A stretch of DNA of 64,000 nt from an uncultured bacterium (GTDB taxonomy: Bacteria; Omnitrophota; Omnitrophia; Omnitrophales; Aquincolibacteriaceae). The stretch spans positions 4,632-68,631 of the forward strand of contig CAYZYT010000001.1 of the NCBI GenBank assembly GCA_964482725.1, in the 5' to 3' direction. The translations under genes and the position numbers were made by a program. The notes below the pieces were generated by a model that saw only the letters and a program-made list of their open reading frames with translations, did no database searches and had not been told where the DNA came from. This document shows, piece by piece, positions 1 to 8,892 of the stretch. Positions within the stretch are counted from its first letter, which is position 1. Every line of letters begins with the position of its first letter.

Positions 1-630
1 AAAATAAAGATAATTAGCAGAACTATATCTACCTTCAGAACCATAGACCCACTGCTCAGAAGAACCCAAAGCGTTAACAGTCCGATTAACGTCTGTCGCT
101 TCTCCCCAAGAAAACAAAACTTCGTCCTTATTCATTCCGATTACAATTTTTTTAGCTAAAACAGTTTGCTTTAATTTCAGTCTGTCAGGATGTTCTTGAA
201 AATGCTTTTCTATCCCTTCCTTGAGTTCTCTCGCCTTCTTTTCCACTGGCTGTTCATGTCGCACAAACTTACCATTTTCAAAGAAAAAATAGCTCTCTAT
301 CACATCATAAGAACCATAGCCGTTATAAGCAGTTGTTCTATAAACCCACATATCTTGACTCAAGATATTGTTACATTTCGTTTGCGCTACATTGGCGCTA
401 AAGGGATTGCTGACATCTGCACACTCGCCTTTGCGTTTAACTAAGGTAGGGGGAACAAAAGTAGCCAAAATTTGCTCTTCACTCATGCCCACACACGACC
501 GCCCTTTAAGCATGCAGGTTTTGATGTCGCTGGGAGTGTCAGGGTGTTGCTTGAGATATTCCTTTGCAGTAGACGCACAACCGCTTAAAAACATCACGAA
601 TAATAATGCTATGAGTAAATTTCTTTTCAT
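1..630 (-). CDS. Lipoprotein with two SmpA/OmlA(BamE)-like repeats; 3' end runs off the window; not in the ORF track
   Basis: Manual translation from ATG 630: MKRNLLIALLFVMFLSGC (lipobox LSGC), then CVGMSEEQILATF...MWVY and VIGMNKDEVLFSWGEA...EQWVY. Frame stays open to base 1. Confidence 0.75.
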   Translation of the reverse strand, partial: MKRNLLIALLFVMFLSGCASTAKEYLKQHPDTPSDIKTCMLKGRSCVGMSEEQILATFVPPTLVKRKGECADVSNPFSANVAQTKCNNILSQDMWVYRTTAYNGYGSYDVIESYFFFENGKFVRHEQPVEKKARELKEGIEKHFQEHPDRLKLKQTVLAKKIVIGMNKDEVLFSWGEATDVNRTVNALGSSEQWVYGSEGRYSSANYLYF

Positions 631-665
631 CTGTTCCTTTACTTTTAGCAGTAAGCGTTTTCGCG

Positions 666-836
666 CTACAATGTTGGTGCATTTCTGCCCGACATTAGCA
701 CACTGAAAATCAAAGCCAAATTCACCAATGTAAAAAGCACACATAACACCTTCATTGCTACGCCACCATTCTTAGCCATCTCGGCATAACGCAATAGAAT
801 GTACAGTCCGATCATCAGCCCAATGTCTGGTATCAT
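666..836 (-). CDS. 56-aa small membrane protein with two hydrophobic segments; not in the ORF track
   Basis: MIPDIGLMIGLYILLRYAEMAKNGGVAMKVLCVLFTLVNLALIFSVLMSGRNAPTL*, with GAGGAGGGG RBS upstream; co-oriented with both neighbours. Confidence 0.6.
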   Translation of the reverse strand: MIPDIGLMIGLYILLRYAEMAKNGGVAMKVLCVLFTLVNLALIFSVLMSGRNAPTL

Positions 837-876
837 GAGACCCCTCCTCGTTTGCTTGTCTAAAATTTCTCTAGCT

Positions 877-1416
877 TTAGTATCCCCTCATTTTAGAATC
901 TGCAACCGTTGCAATTATCCTAATAAGATTATCTACCCCAACGCCTCTAGCATCTCTCGCTGTATTTTTAACCTCTAAGACAAAATCATATAAAGAGGCG
1001 TCCGGTACTTTCTTCCAAAGCTCATAGAAGGTGTGAAAAAGAAATGCAGCTATCTTGTAAGAAGGAACATCTGGATAATAGCCACTGATAATATTTAAAA
1101 GCGATTGAAACGCCTCTTTGGAGTGCTTTCCATCAAGCTTTGTCATTCGTTCTAGCATTATGTCTACTGTCTGTTCGCCCGACATTGCTTGCTCATTTTC
1201 ATTTTTGGGCGTCTCTTGCTTTGCCGTACCACTTAAAATGAACGTAGCCAGCACAATTAAAAACAATAATCCACCCACTGTAAAAAGAGCACTGCTATGG
1301 TCGACGTTTACTTTTTTCTCGGGAATGTTTTTGGGAGCAGAAAGCATTTCGTTGCAGTGTTTACATTTGACTGCTTCGTCTTGTATGTCTTCTGCGCAGA
1401 AAGAGCATTTCTTCAT
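877..1416 (-). CDS. Zinc-ribbon membrane protein of the kind common in mobile elements
   Basis: N-terminal CSFC-x10-CKHC, then one TM helix; AT-rich. Confidence 0.75.
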   Translation of the reverse strand: MKKCSFCAEDIQDEAVKCKHCNEMLSAPKNIPEKKVNVDHSSALFTVGGLLFLIVLATFILSGTAKQETPKNENEQAMSGEQTVDIMLERMTKLDGKHSKEAFQSLLNIISGYYPDVPSYKIAAFLFHTFYELWKKVPDASLYDFVLEVKNTARDARGVGVDNLIRIIATVADSKMRGY

Positions 1417-1422
1417 GCGCGA

Positions 1423-1452
1423 ATGCTACACCCCATGATTAAGGGGTGTCAA
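1423..1452 (-). promoter_or_regulatory. Sigma70-type promoter for the Zn-ribbon gene, probably leaderless
   Basis: TTGACA (1452-1447), 18-nt spacer, TAGCAT (1428-1423); ATG follows 6 nt later. Confidence 0.6.
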
Positions 1453-1486
1453 CGCCTTTAACCAATACCCCATAATCGAGGGGTAT
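1428..1486. promoter_or_regulatory. Two palindromic operators AYACCCC-N8-GGGGTRT
   Basis: ACACCCC-ATGATTAA-GGGGTGT (1428-1449) and ATACCCC-ATAATCGA-GGGGTAT (1465-1486), between divergent genes. Confidence 0.75.
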
Positions 1487-1700
1487 GACTCAGGAAATTC
1501 GACATCAAATCAGTCAGAAGATTAAGAAGCTTCGCCAAGACAGCAAACTAACCCAAGCAAAGCTGTCTGAGCTGTGTAGGGTGAAGTATAAGTATCTTCA
1601 GCAAATCGAAGGTAAGAACCCGCCCAATCTAAGAGCAGACACTCTTGCGCGAATAGCAAAAGCGTTAAAAGTCTCTCCCTCTAAACTACTCGACTGTTAG
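1485..1700 (+). CDS. XRE-family HTH regulator (C-protein/repressor-like)
   Basis: IKKLRQDSKLTQAKLSE...YLQQIEG...NLRADTLARIAKALKVSPSKLL. Confidence 0.88.
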   Translation: MTQEIRHQISQKIKKLRQDSKLTQAKLSELCRVKYKYLQQIEGKNPPNLRADTLARIAKALKVSPSKLLDC

Positions 1701-1900
1701 TTCCTCAGCAGCAGAGCATCACCTCACAAAAAACACTCTATCCTCAGGGGCATTAGTAGTCTGGTGTCAATCCAGCGACAAAAGCACGTCAAAATCAGAG
1801 TTTTTTGCTTTGTTGCGTGTTAAGAGGAATTATTCAGAAGTGCTTTATTGATAAAGAGAAGGAGAGAATTTAAGAGAAGAGAGCACCTGTATTTTTTAAA

Positions 1901-1937
1901 TTACAAAACAGCTGCTCTACCCCTGAGCTACACCAGC
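1901..1937 (-). tRNA. 5' half of tRNA-Thr(TGT), truncated after the anticodon loop; probable att junction
   Basis: GCTGGTG TA GCTC AGGGGTA GAGC A GCTGT TT TGT AA, then TTTAAAAAAT...; no 3' anticodon strand, T-arm or acceptor 3' strand follows. Confidence 0.8.
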
Positions 1938-2154
1938 AGAATTATAACAACCCCTGTCTGTCCTCCGCATACATCTGCGGAGGCGGAAGCCAAACCAGCA
2001 CTTATCCTCATTCATTTAAAATTCAAAGGCAATGAGTGGCGTCCGGGTCCATCTTTCATGGCTCCTCAAGACCAGGCAGCGCAAAGACAAACGCCAAGGC
2101 CGCGTAATATATCAGATTTTTCCGCCCTTGAGTATCAAGAATAAAAAGACCGGA

Positions 2155-4506
2155 TCAAACGTGCTTGACGGGATCCTGAGACTTGTACAAAGGATCGTTT
2201 TCCGCGACCTTACGCTTGAAAAGTCGCTGAGGCCCGAAGGGTTTCATCATGATCAAGATCGCCGGCATGACCAGAAGGGAGCAAATGAGCGCCAGGAAGA
2301 TCGTCAAACTCGTCAGCACCCCAAAATGCACGGTGATGCGGAAACTTGCACAGACGCTCGCGGCAAACCCCATGCACAGGATCAGGGTCGAGACCACCAT
2401 CGACTGGCCCATGTTGCGATAGGTGTGATGCAGCGACTGGATATAATGAGACCGCTGCTGGAATTCCTTGCGAAACCGGTAAAGGAACTGGATCGAGGCG
2501 TCCACCACCAGACCCAGCACAATACTCGCGATCATCGCCGTCGCGGTAGAAAGCTCGATACCGGCAAACCCCATGATCCCATAGACCATAAGGATCGGGA
2601 TCAGATTCGGAATGGCGGCTAAAAGCCCGAGCGGGACGGACCGGAAGATCAGAATGATCACGATCAGGATGGACACGAACGCGAACGCGAAACTTTGGGT
2701 CTGCTCCTGGACCAGGCTCTTGGCGATCTTTCCCAAGAGAACCACATTCCCCGTCAGTTTATATTCGAAGGCATCGCTCATATGGTCCTGAAGATATTCC
2801 CGCACCCGCTCCTCCAACAGCGCTCCTTTGGTCGTCCCGATCGCACGCATGCGCGCCTCCAGACGCACCTCCTTGAAATCATGGGACACCAGTTTCCAAA
2901 GCTCCGGATCATTGGAATGGGCCAACCCTTTAAAATAAAGATTGAGCATCATAGGATTCCTGGGAATGCGATAAGCCTTGGGATCATCCTCGCGGGCCTC
3001 GTTGATCTTTTTGACAAGCGTCGTGATGCTATTGACCTTCGCGATCCCGGGCTCACTCTCCAGATAGGTCTTGAACTGGTCCAGAAGGTTCAGAGATTTC
3101 GCATCCACCATGCTCTCCCCGTCCTTGCGACGGAACACGAACCCTAGCGAATAAACCCCGGTGAGACGTTCGTCGATAAACCGGGTGGCGATCGCCAGCG
3201 GCAGGTTCGGTTTCATCTGCTTCACGATATTCGTATCCACCTCGAGCTTTTGAGTGCCCTGAAAGGAAAGCACCATCACCAGGCCCGTCACGATCAGGAT
3301 CCACCATTTCCAGCGAAATTCGAGTTTCTCCAGAAACCCTAGCAGGACCCGGTTGAAAAAATGAGATTCATTCGTAGCGCCGGGATCCACCGGCCGGTAC
3401 GGAAGGATCGGAAGAAGCAGGGTCGTTAACACAAGCTCGACAATATAAGAATAAAAGGTCCCGAGCGCCGCGTAGATCCCAAAACTCTGGATCGCCGGGA
3501 TCGGGCTCAACGCGAGCGAACCAAACCCCAGGACCGCCGTAAAATGCGTGAGAAAACACGGCATCCCAAGCTGTTGGATCGTCACGCTCACCGCTTCTTT
3601 AAGGCTCTTGTGATGCGGCCGGACCTCAAAAAAGAGATTGATCAGATACGTCGAATTGATGACCGAGACGATCATGATCACCGGCGCCAAAAGAGAGGTC
3701 ATGAGATTGAGTTCCTGCCCCAGGAGAGAGATCGTCCCGAGGGTCCAGACCAGCGTGGTAATAACGATCGACATGGAAAGGACCATACAAGCGAAACTGC
3801 GATAGATCAGAAAGGTCATCACGACCAGAATCACCGAAATGAGCGGCACAAAGACCATCTGGTCACGGTGGATCAGATCAATAAACTCATACTGTTCGAC
3901 CGGCGCACCCGCCATATAGAATTTCACCCCCGGTTGTTCAAAATCATCCAGATAACCTTTGAGGGCCTCGATGAACGCACCATTGGCCGCGGCACTGTTC
4001 TTTTCTGCGGGCTTCAAAAAGACAAGGATGTTGGCGATCTTCCCATCCTTGGAAACAATATTGCTGAGATAGAGTTCGTTACGGAGCACCTCTTTTTTAA
4101 CCTCCGCGATCGAACGCTCGCCTTCAAACACCCCTTCAAGCGCCGGCACGGTCTTCACGCCAAGCAACTTATGTTTGATGTCCATCGCGTTGGCGAGACT
4201 GATCACACGTTCCACCTGGGCGTAACTGGCAATGCCATCGGTGATGCTCTTGAGGGTCTTGAGATTGGCGGGTGTAAAAAGATCTTCGGTCGACATCGCG
4301 ACGGCGATCATCTGATCACTGCCATATTTAATGCGATACTGCTGATAATACTGATACTCGGGGGACTTCTTGATGAAAAGCGTTTCCATGGAAGGATCGA
4401 CCGAGAGCTTCGAGACGGCGATCCCGAAGAAAAGAACGCTGATCAGCATGGCCAACAAGACCGGCCAACGAAAATGATGAATGAACTCTGCGAATTGACG
4501 GAACAT
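2155..4506 (-). CDS. MMPL-family RND-superfamily transporter
   Basis: 783 aa with two repeats of TM, periplasmic loop and 5 TM; GLVVDASIQFLYRF motif. Confidence 0.88.
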   Translation of the reverse strand: MFRQFAEFIHHFRWPVLLAMLISVLFFGIAVSKLSVDPSMETLFIKKSPEYQYYQQYRIKYGSDQMIAVAMSTEDLFTPANLKTLKSITDGIASYAQVERVISLANAMDIKHKLLGVKTVPALEGVFEGERSIAEVKKEVLRNELYLSNIVSKDGKIANILVFLKPAEKNSAAANGAFIEALKGYLDDFEQPGVKFYMAGAPVEQYEFIDLIHRDQMVFVPLISVILVVMTFLIYRSFACMVLSMSIVITTLVWTLGTISLLGQELNLMTSLLAPVIMIVSVINSTYLINLFFEVRPHHKSLKEAVSVTIQQLGMPCFLTHFTAVLGFGSLALSPIPAIQSFGIYAALGTFYSYIVELVLTTLLLPILPYRPVDPGATNESHFFNRVLLGFLEKLEFRWKWWILIVTGLVMVLSFQGTQKLEVDTNIVKQMKPNLPLAIATRFIDERLTGVYSLGFVFRRKDGESMVDAKSLNLLDQFKTYLESEPGIAKVNSITTLVKKINEAREDDPKAYRIPRNPMMLNLYFKGLAHSNDPELWKLVSHDFKEVRLEARMRAIGTTKGALLEERVREYLQDHMSDAFEYKLTGNVVLLGKIAKSLVQEQTQSFAFAFVSILIVIILIFRSVPLGLLAAIPNLIPILMVYGIMGFAGIELSTATAMIASIVLGLVVDASIQFLYRFRKEFQQRSHYIQSLHHTYRNMGQSMVVSTLILCMGFAASVCASFRITVHFGVLTSLTIFLALICSLLVMPAILIMMKPFGPQRLFKRKVAENDPLYKSQDPVKHV

Positions 4507-4513
4507 GGCGCTT

Positions 4514-4522
4514 ATTCTACCA
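4514..4522 (-). promoter_or_regulatory. Extended -10 promoter for the MMPL gene, probably leaderless
   Basis: TG-G-TAGAAT, then 7 nt to the ATG at 4506; no SD sequence. Confidence 0.45.
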
Positions 4523-4583
4523 TAAAACAGGATGGAGCAAGAACGGGGCTTTCGTCATCGCCATCCTTCATCCGTCATCCCTT

Positions 4584-4802
4584 TTAATTAATTTCAACGA
4601 TTTTTATTTTACTTTTAAACCCGCCCACGATCGCGATGCGGCTTTTCGGGACTTTGAAATAGACCGCCAACGTCTCGATCACCGATTCGTTGGCACGCCC
4701 CTCCTGAGGCGGAGCCTTGACCAGGACCCGAAGCTCCCCGCCGGGTCCTTCCTGAACGGTATTTTCTTTGGCGTTCGTTTTGACTTTGATCGTGTATTTC
4801 AT
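4584..4802 (-). CDS. DUF167/UPF0235 (YggU-like) protein
   Basis: IKVKTNAK...VKAPPQEGRAN...FKVPKSRIAIVGGFKSKIK. Confidence 0.9.
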   Translation of the reverse strand: MKYTIKVKTNAKENTVQEGPGGELRVLVKAPPQEGRANESVIETLAVYFKVPKSRIAIVGGFKSKIKIVEIN

Positions 4803-4808
4803 GATAAA

Positions 4809-4940
4809 AAGACCTCAGACGACGGACTAGCGACTACAGCAAAAACCCTTCTTTCAAAAACCCGATTCTCTCTATCGAAACTCGCTTCGGATAAGAGCCG
4901 CGATGTTGTCCCGGGGCTGCAGTCTCTAGTCTCTGGTCTG
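4809..4940. repeat. Heptamer-period inverted-arm element, GAC/GTC type
   Basis: AAGACCT CAGACGA CGGACTA GCGACTA CAGC ... GCTG CAGTCTC TAGTCTC TGGTCTG. Confidence 0.8.
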
Positions 4941-5360
4941 TTTCGGGGTGATCTCCCAATCCCAGGCGATAGGAGCGTCGCTCGCGGGATCGAGCGGAAC
5001 ACGGGTCCGGAAATCGTCCTGAAAGCACATGCGGCTGGTTTTGTCGCAATAATAGAGCCGCGCGCTCAGGATCACGGCTTTGGAACCCGCGGCAGATGTG
5101 AATATGAGTTTATAAGGAGAAACGAGCGGATTGAAATTCTTATCTCGAACCGGAACCGAGAGAGTCTTTTCCAGACTTTCAGTTCTCCACGTGAGCACAA
5201 AGGGAGCTCCTTCGGTAAATCCGTAACTATCCGGAAATCGGAACGTGAGAGCCAAAGTCGTGGGCGGCCTCCGGTCTCCGATTTCGGGCGGTCTGAAAAA
5301 AAAGATCGCAACGGCCGTCACGATCGCGACAAGAACCACGCCATAAATATATTTTTTCAT
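4926..5360 (-). CDS. Membrane-anchored exported protein with a C-x6-C beta-rich domain
   Basis: N-terminal TM; LYYCDKTSRMC; AGGAG RBS. Confidence 0.7.
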   Translation of the reverse strand: MKKYIYGVVLVAIVTAVAIFFFRPPEIGDRRPPTTLALTFRFPDSYGFTEGAPFVLTWRTESLEKTLSVPVRDKNFNPLVSPYKLIFTSAAGSKAVILSARLYYCDKTSRMCFQDDFRTRVPLDPASDAPIAWDWEITPKQTRD

Positions 5361-5405
5361 TGGGCTCCTCCTTACCTGAGGCGGGGCTATCGGCAGCTCG
5401 TCAGC

Positions 5406-5945
5406 TTAGAGTCCATGCTTTAAAACGGGATATTTTTTATCTTTATCGGAAAGGATGAATGCGCGATCGAGCTTCGGCCAGGGGATCGCGAGGCCAGGAT
5501 CCGACCAGAGAATCCCCCGCTCGTGTTCGGGGGAATAATAATCCGAGACCTTGTACATGAATTCCGTCCCTTCTTCCAGGACGCAGAATCCGTGGGCAAA
5601 ACCTTTGGGGATATAGAACATTTTCCGGTTCTCCGCCGAAAGCAAGATCGAGAAAAACTTGCCGAAAGTCTTGGACTTGGGGCGGATATCCACCGCCACA
5701 TCAAAGACGGACCCACGGAGGACCCGCATGAGCTTGGCCTGCGCGCGCGGTGAGTTCTGATAGTGCAAACCCCGCAGCACACCCTTGGCGGAAGAACTGA
5801 CGTTATCCTGAACAAAATCGTCCTTAATGCCGTTTTGGACGAAAAGCTTTTTCCGGTAACTTTCATAAAAAAAGCCGCGCGGGTCGCTGAAGACCTTCGG
5901 CTCGATCACGATCACGCCCTCAATAGAAGTTTTTATGAAGTTCAT
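5406..5945 (-). CDS. rfbC: dTDP-4-dehydrorhamnose 3,5-epimerase
   Basis: DPRGFFYE, FVQDNVSSS, GVLRGLHYQ, DVAVDIR, GFAHGF. Confidence 0.96.
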   Translation of the reverse strand: MNFIKTSIEGVIVIEPKVFSDPRGFFYESYRKKLFVQNGIKDDFVQDNVSSSAKGVLRGLHYQNSPRAQAKLMRVLRGSVFDVAVDIRPKSKTFGKFFSILLSAENRKMFYIPKGFAHGFCVLEEGTEFMYKVSDYYSPEHERGILWSDPGLAIPWPKLDRAFILSDKDKKYPVLKHGL

Positions 5946-5950
5946 TTTTT

Positions 5951-6073
5951 CAGACCTCAGACATCAGACCACAGACTACAGCAAAGACGTCGGCCTCACC
6001 AGTCCTCTCCCCGGGGGAGAAGGACAGGTGAGGGAATTTTGTCTCTGGTCTGTAGTCTCTGGTCTGCAGTCTC
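5951..6073. repeat. Heptamer-period inverted-arm element enclosing a REP-like GC hairpin
   Basis: CAGACCT CAGACAT CAGACCA CAGACTA ... CCTCACC..TCTCCCC/GGGGAGA..GGTGAGG ... TTGTCTC TGGTCTG TAGTCTC TGGTCTG CAGTCTC. Confidence 0.85.
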
Positions 6074-6440
6074 AGTTAAGCAGCTTCTCAATTTCTTCGG
6101 TAATTCTTACAAGGTTAAAAGGTTTTTGGAGGAACGTGTCACGACCGATCAATTCCGCTTCATCCATCACGTGCTGGTCCACGTATCCCGTCACCATGAT
6201 GGTCTTGGTCTTGGGAGATTTTTCCTTGCAGGCACGAAGCACTTCGGTCCCGGACGCATCCGGAAGTTTCACGTCGATCAGGATCACATCCGGATGAATT
6301 TCCTCGATCAACCGGATCCCAGCCTTGGCGGTATCCGCCGTGTGGGTCTCATAACCCTCTTCCTCAAGGAACTCCTTGATCTCCTGGACGATCCCAGCCT
6401 CGTCATCCACGATCAGGATTTTTTTCTTTACGTTCGGCAT
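6072..6440 (-). CDS. Stand-alone response regulator receiver (CheY-like)
   Basis: ILIVDDE, ILIDVKLPD, MVTGY, FLQKPF. Confidence 0.93.
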   Translation of the reverse strand: MPNVKKKILIVDDEAGIVQEIKEFLEEEGYETHTADTAKAGIRLIEEIHPDVILIDVKLPDASGTEVLRACKEKSPKTKTIMVTGYVDQHVMDEAELIGRDTFLQKPFNLVRITEEIEKLLN

Positions 6441-6458
6441 ATCGCCTCGCTTTATCGT

Positions 6459-6550
6459 CCCATGTCACACGCCACAAGCCACACGAAACGCTATTTTCCT
6501 AACTCTCTGTGCCTTGCGGCCTTGTGTCTTTGTGTCCTTGCGTTGTGCGT
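6459..6550. repeat. 7/8-nt-period inverted-arm element, CAC/GTG type
   Basis: CACACGC CACAAGC CACACGA ... CTCTGTGC CTTGCGGC CTTGTGTC TTTGTGTC CTTGCGT TGTGCGT. Confidence 0.7.
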
Positions 6551-6554
6551 TATT

Positions 6555-8891
6555 CTATCCCACCAGCCCCTTCGGGAGAACAGGTTTTAAGGCCGGGGTT
6601 TCTGAATAAATAGGAAGCGTTAGCGTAAACGTCGTCCCCTCCCCGAGTCTGCTATCCACCGTGATCGTCCCGCCGTGCAATTCGATGATGTATTTGCACA
6701 TGTAAAGCCCAAGCCCCGAACCCTTGCCCGGCGCCTTGGTCGTAAACCCGTAGTTGAAAACCTTTTTCATCACATCTTCGGTCATCCCTGAGCCATTGTC
6801 CCGGAAGTGGATCGCGACCATACTGGGATCCCGCGGATCGATCTCGGCGAGAACCCCGATCTTGCGGTGACGTTTTCCGGCCATGGCATGATACGCATTG
6901 ATGAAAAGATTCAGGAACACCTCCTGGAGACGCTCCAAATCTCCTCGGATCAGAGGCACATTCCCCGGGACATTGAAATCGACTTCCGTCCCCGAAAGGT
7001 TATCGAGATAAGTCTGGAATTGCACAAGCGGCAGTGTCTCCTCCAGGATGAGCTTCAAGGATAAGGCCTCGAATTTTCCTTTTTCTGATTTCTTGAGCAG
7101 CCCGGTCAGCGTATTCACCACCGCCTTGATACGCTCAATATTTTTTTCCATCTTCTCGAACACATCGAGGATCTCCGTCACCTTCATATCCTGGTTTTTT
7201 CGGTATTTTAAAATGACGCGCGACACGTTCATCGAAAGGATGGTGAGCGGATTATTCACCTCGTGACCCACCGAGGCGGCCAACCGGCCCAGCGTCGCCA
7301 TTTTCTGTTCGTGAATGAGCTGGGCCTGCGTATCCTGAAGCTGTTTATTCGCCCCTTCGGCCTCTTGCAGGGCCTTGATCAAAAGCGTCTTCGAGTGCTC
7401 GAGCTGCCCATTGATCCGTTCAAGTTCGATGGTTTTCCGGACAGCCTCGTCATAGAGCCGCGCATTCTCGATGGCAATGGAGGATTCCTGAGCGAGGGTG
7501 TAGAGGAGGTTCAGATCTTCGGTCGAATAATATTCTCCGGATTTCTTTTCGCCGAGCATGAGGATATTCCGGAGTTCGCGCCCTAAAAAACTCGGCACAC
7601 AGCAACTGGCGTTGAGCTGGTTCATCCGTTCCCGGATCGCCTCGTAATCATAGGCTTTCTCACTTTTGTCCCTCCGGGAAGAGGCCTCCTCGACCTGCTC
7701 CCGGATCCGCTCGATATCCACCGCCTCTTTGTGAGTCTCCAGATAGTGGATCAGCGGGTCATTCTCATAAAGCGTGAGCGTCAGGAACTTTTTATCGAAC
7801 CCGCGCTGGTACACGAGGTGATACTGGTCACTCGTCCCCTCCCGCATCAACACCGCCGCATTCTTCACCCGCATCTTCATAGTCACAAAATGCACCACAA
7901 GGCCCAGGAGATGCTCCAGGCTCTCAATGTTCGACATCCCCCGCGACGCGTCTTTCAGAAGCTTGTGATAGTCGTACTTTTTCTGAAAAAGGAACTGGTC
8001 CGTGAGGTGCATCAAGGACTTCCGGATGGGGTCAAAAAGAGAAATAGCGACGAGAATACAAAGAATCTGCGTGGCCATCCGGCCCATCCCCAGAAACTGC
8101 CCGAGATAACTTTGAGCGACGGCGGTCACCACGCTGACAATGGCGATGATCACCCCGAAAAGACCGGCAAATACGATCGTTTTCCGGATGAGTGTTTCGA
8201 CGTCGATGAAACGATACCTCAAAACCGCATACGCCGTAACGCACGAAAAAAAGAAAACCCCCCAAAGCCCGAAAGGAAATGGGAAAAAACTGAGGTCATA
8301 AACCGGGAGAAAACCGCCCACGCCCCCCAAATACCCCAGGACATTGGCCGCCAGAAATGCAATCAGGGCTTTACGCTGTTGTCCCTTTCTTCTCATAGCA
8401 ACTCGCGCAAGCGTAAAAAATGCCACAGAAACAAAAAGAGCGAACAGAAGGCTCCAGACCCCGAAGAGGATCCCCGGATCCGGGAAGTAATTAAAGGTCA
8501 GTTTGGGGCTAACGTCCGTGATGAAAAGATGCGGCATAAAAATGATGCTGAGGGATATCCCCGAGATCAAACAATAGCCGACTTTGATGGTTTTTTTAAG
8601 ATAGCCATCTTCATTCCCGGTATACACCCGCACGAAATGCAGAAAAGCAACGGGGATAAAGACGCCTACGGCGTGACATACCTGGCAAAGGATGTAAGCC
8701 AGCCGATGATCATTGATAGAGGTGGCGGCAAAGACAAAAGCACTCCAGTGGGCGATCGTAAAAAGATACCAGCAAAAGCAAGTAACGAGTTTCCGATTCG
8801 TGGCCCGGAGATAGACCAGCAGCATCAGGGAAAACGCCGTGATCGAGGTGATGATTGCGGAATAGCCGTACTGTTGTGCGGGCGTCAGCAT
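6555..8891 (-). CDS. Sensor histidine kinase: multi-TM (HisKA_7TM-like), GAF, HisKA, HATPase
   Basis: About 9 TM helices; GAF (LGEKKSGEYYS..IAIENARLY); H-box GHEVNNPL; NLFINA, DNGSG, FTTK, GSGLGL. Start placed at ATG 8891, directly after the upstream stop. Confidence 0.92.
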   Translation of the reverse strand: MLTPAQQYGYSAIITSITAFSLMLLVYLRATNRKLVTCFCWYLFTIAHWSAFVFAATSINDHRLAYILCQVCHAVGVFIPVAFLHFVRVYTGNEDGYLKKTIKVGYCLISGISLSIIFMPHLFITDVSPKLTFNYFPDPGILFGVWSLLFALFVSVAFFTLARVAMRRKGQQRKALIAFLAANVLGYLGGVGGFLPVYDLSFFPFPFGLWGVFFFSCVTAYAVLRYRFIDVETLIRKTIVFAGLFGVIIAIVSVVTAVAQSYLGQFLGMGRMATQILCILVAISLFDPIRKSLMHLTDQFLFQKKYDYHKLLKDASRGMSNIESLEHLLGLVVHFVTMKMRVKNAAVLMREGTSDQYHLVYQRGFDKKFLTLTLYENDPLIHYLETHKEAVDIERIREQVEEASSRRDKSEKAYDYEAIRERMNQLNASCCVPSFLGRELRNILMLGEKKSGEYYSTEDLNLLYTLAQESSIAIENARLYDEAVRKTIELERINGQLEHSKTLLIKALQEAEGANKQLQDTQAQLIHEQKMATLGRLAASVGHEVNNPLTILSMNVSRVILKYRKNQDMKVTEILDVFEKMEKNIERIKAVVNTLTGLLKKSEKGKFEALSLKLILEETLPLVQFQTYLDNLSGTEVDFNVPGNVPLIRGDLERLQEVFLNLFINAYHAMAGKRHRKIGVLAEIDPRDPSMVAIHFRDNGSGMTEDVMKKVFNYGFTTKAPGKGSGLGLYMCKYIIELHGGTITVDSRLGEGTTFTLTLPIYSETPALKPVLPKGLVG

Positions 8892-8892
8892 T

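Larger units (their letters stand above)
1..1900. mobile_element. End of an integrated element or genomic island inserted at tRNA-Thr
   Basis: Visibly lower GC than the flank; XRE and Zn-ribbon cargo; ends exactly at the anticodon loop of a tRNA fragment. No integrase in the window. Confidence 0.65.

Noticed and set aside
190-706. Plus-strand ORFs 190-444 and 368-706
   Set aside because: Antisense to the lipoprotein ORF at 1-630, which has a lipobox and a repeated domain.
1700-1900. Group I intron in the tRNA-Thr anticodon loop
   Set aside because: No recognisable P1/IGS pairing, group I core or nearby 3' exon; protein genes follow, so integration fits better.
4809-6073. Heptamer arrays as CRISPR repeats
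   Set aside because: No identical 23-50-nt repeats with unique spacers, and no cas genes.
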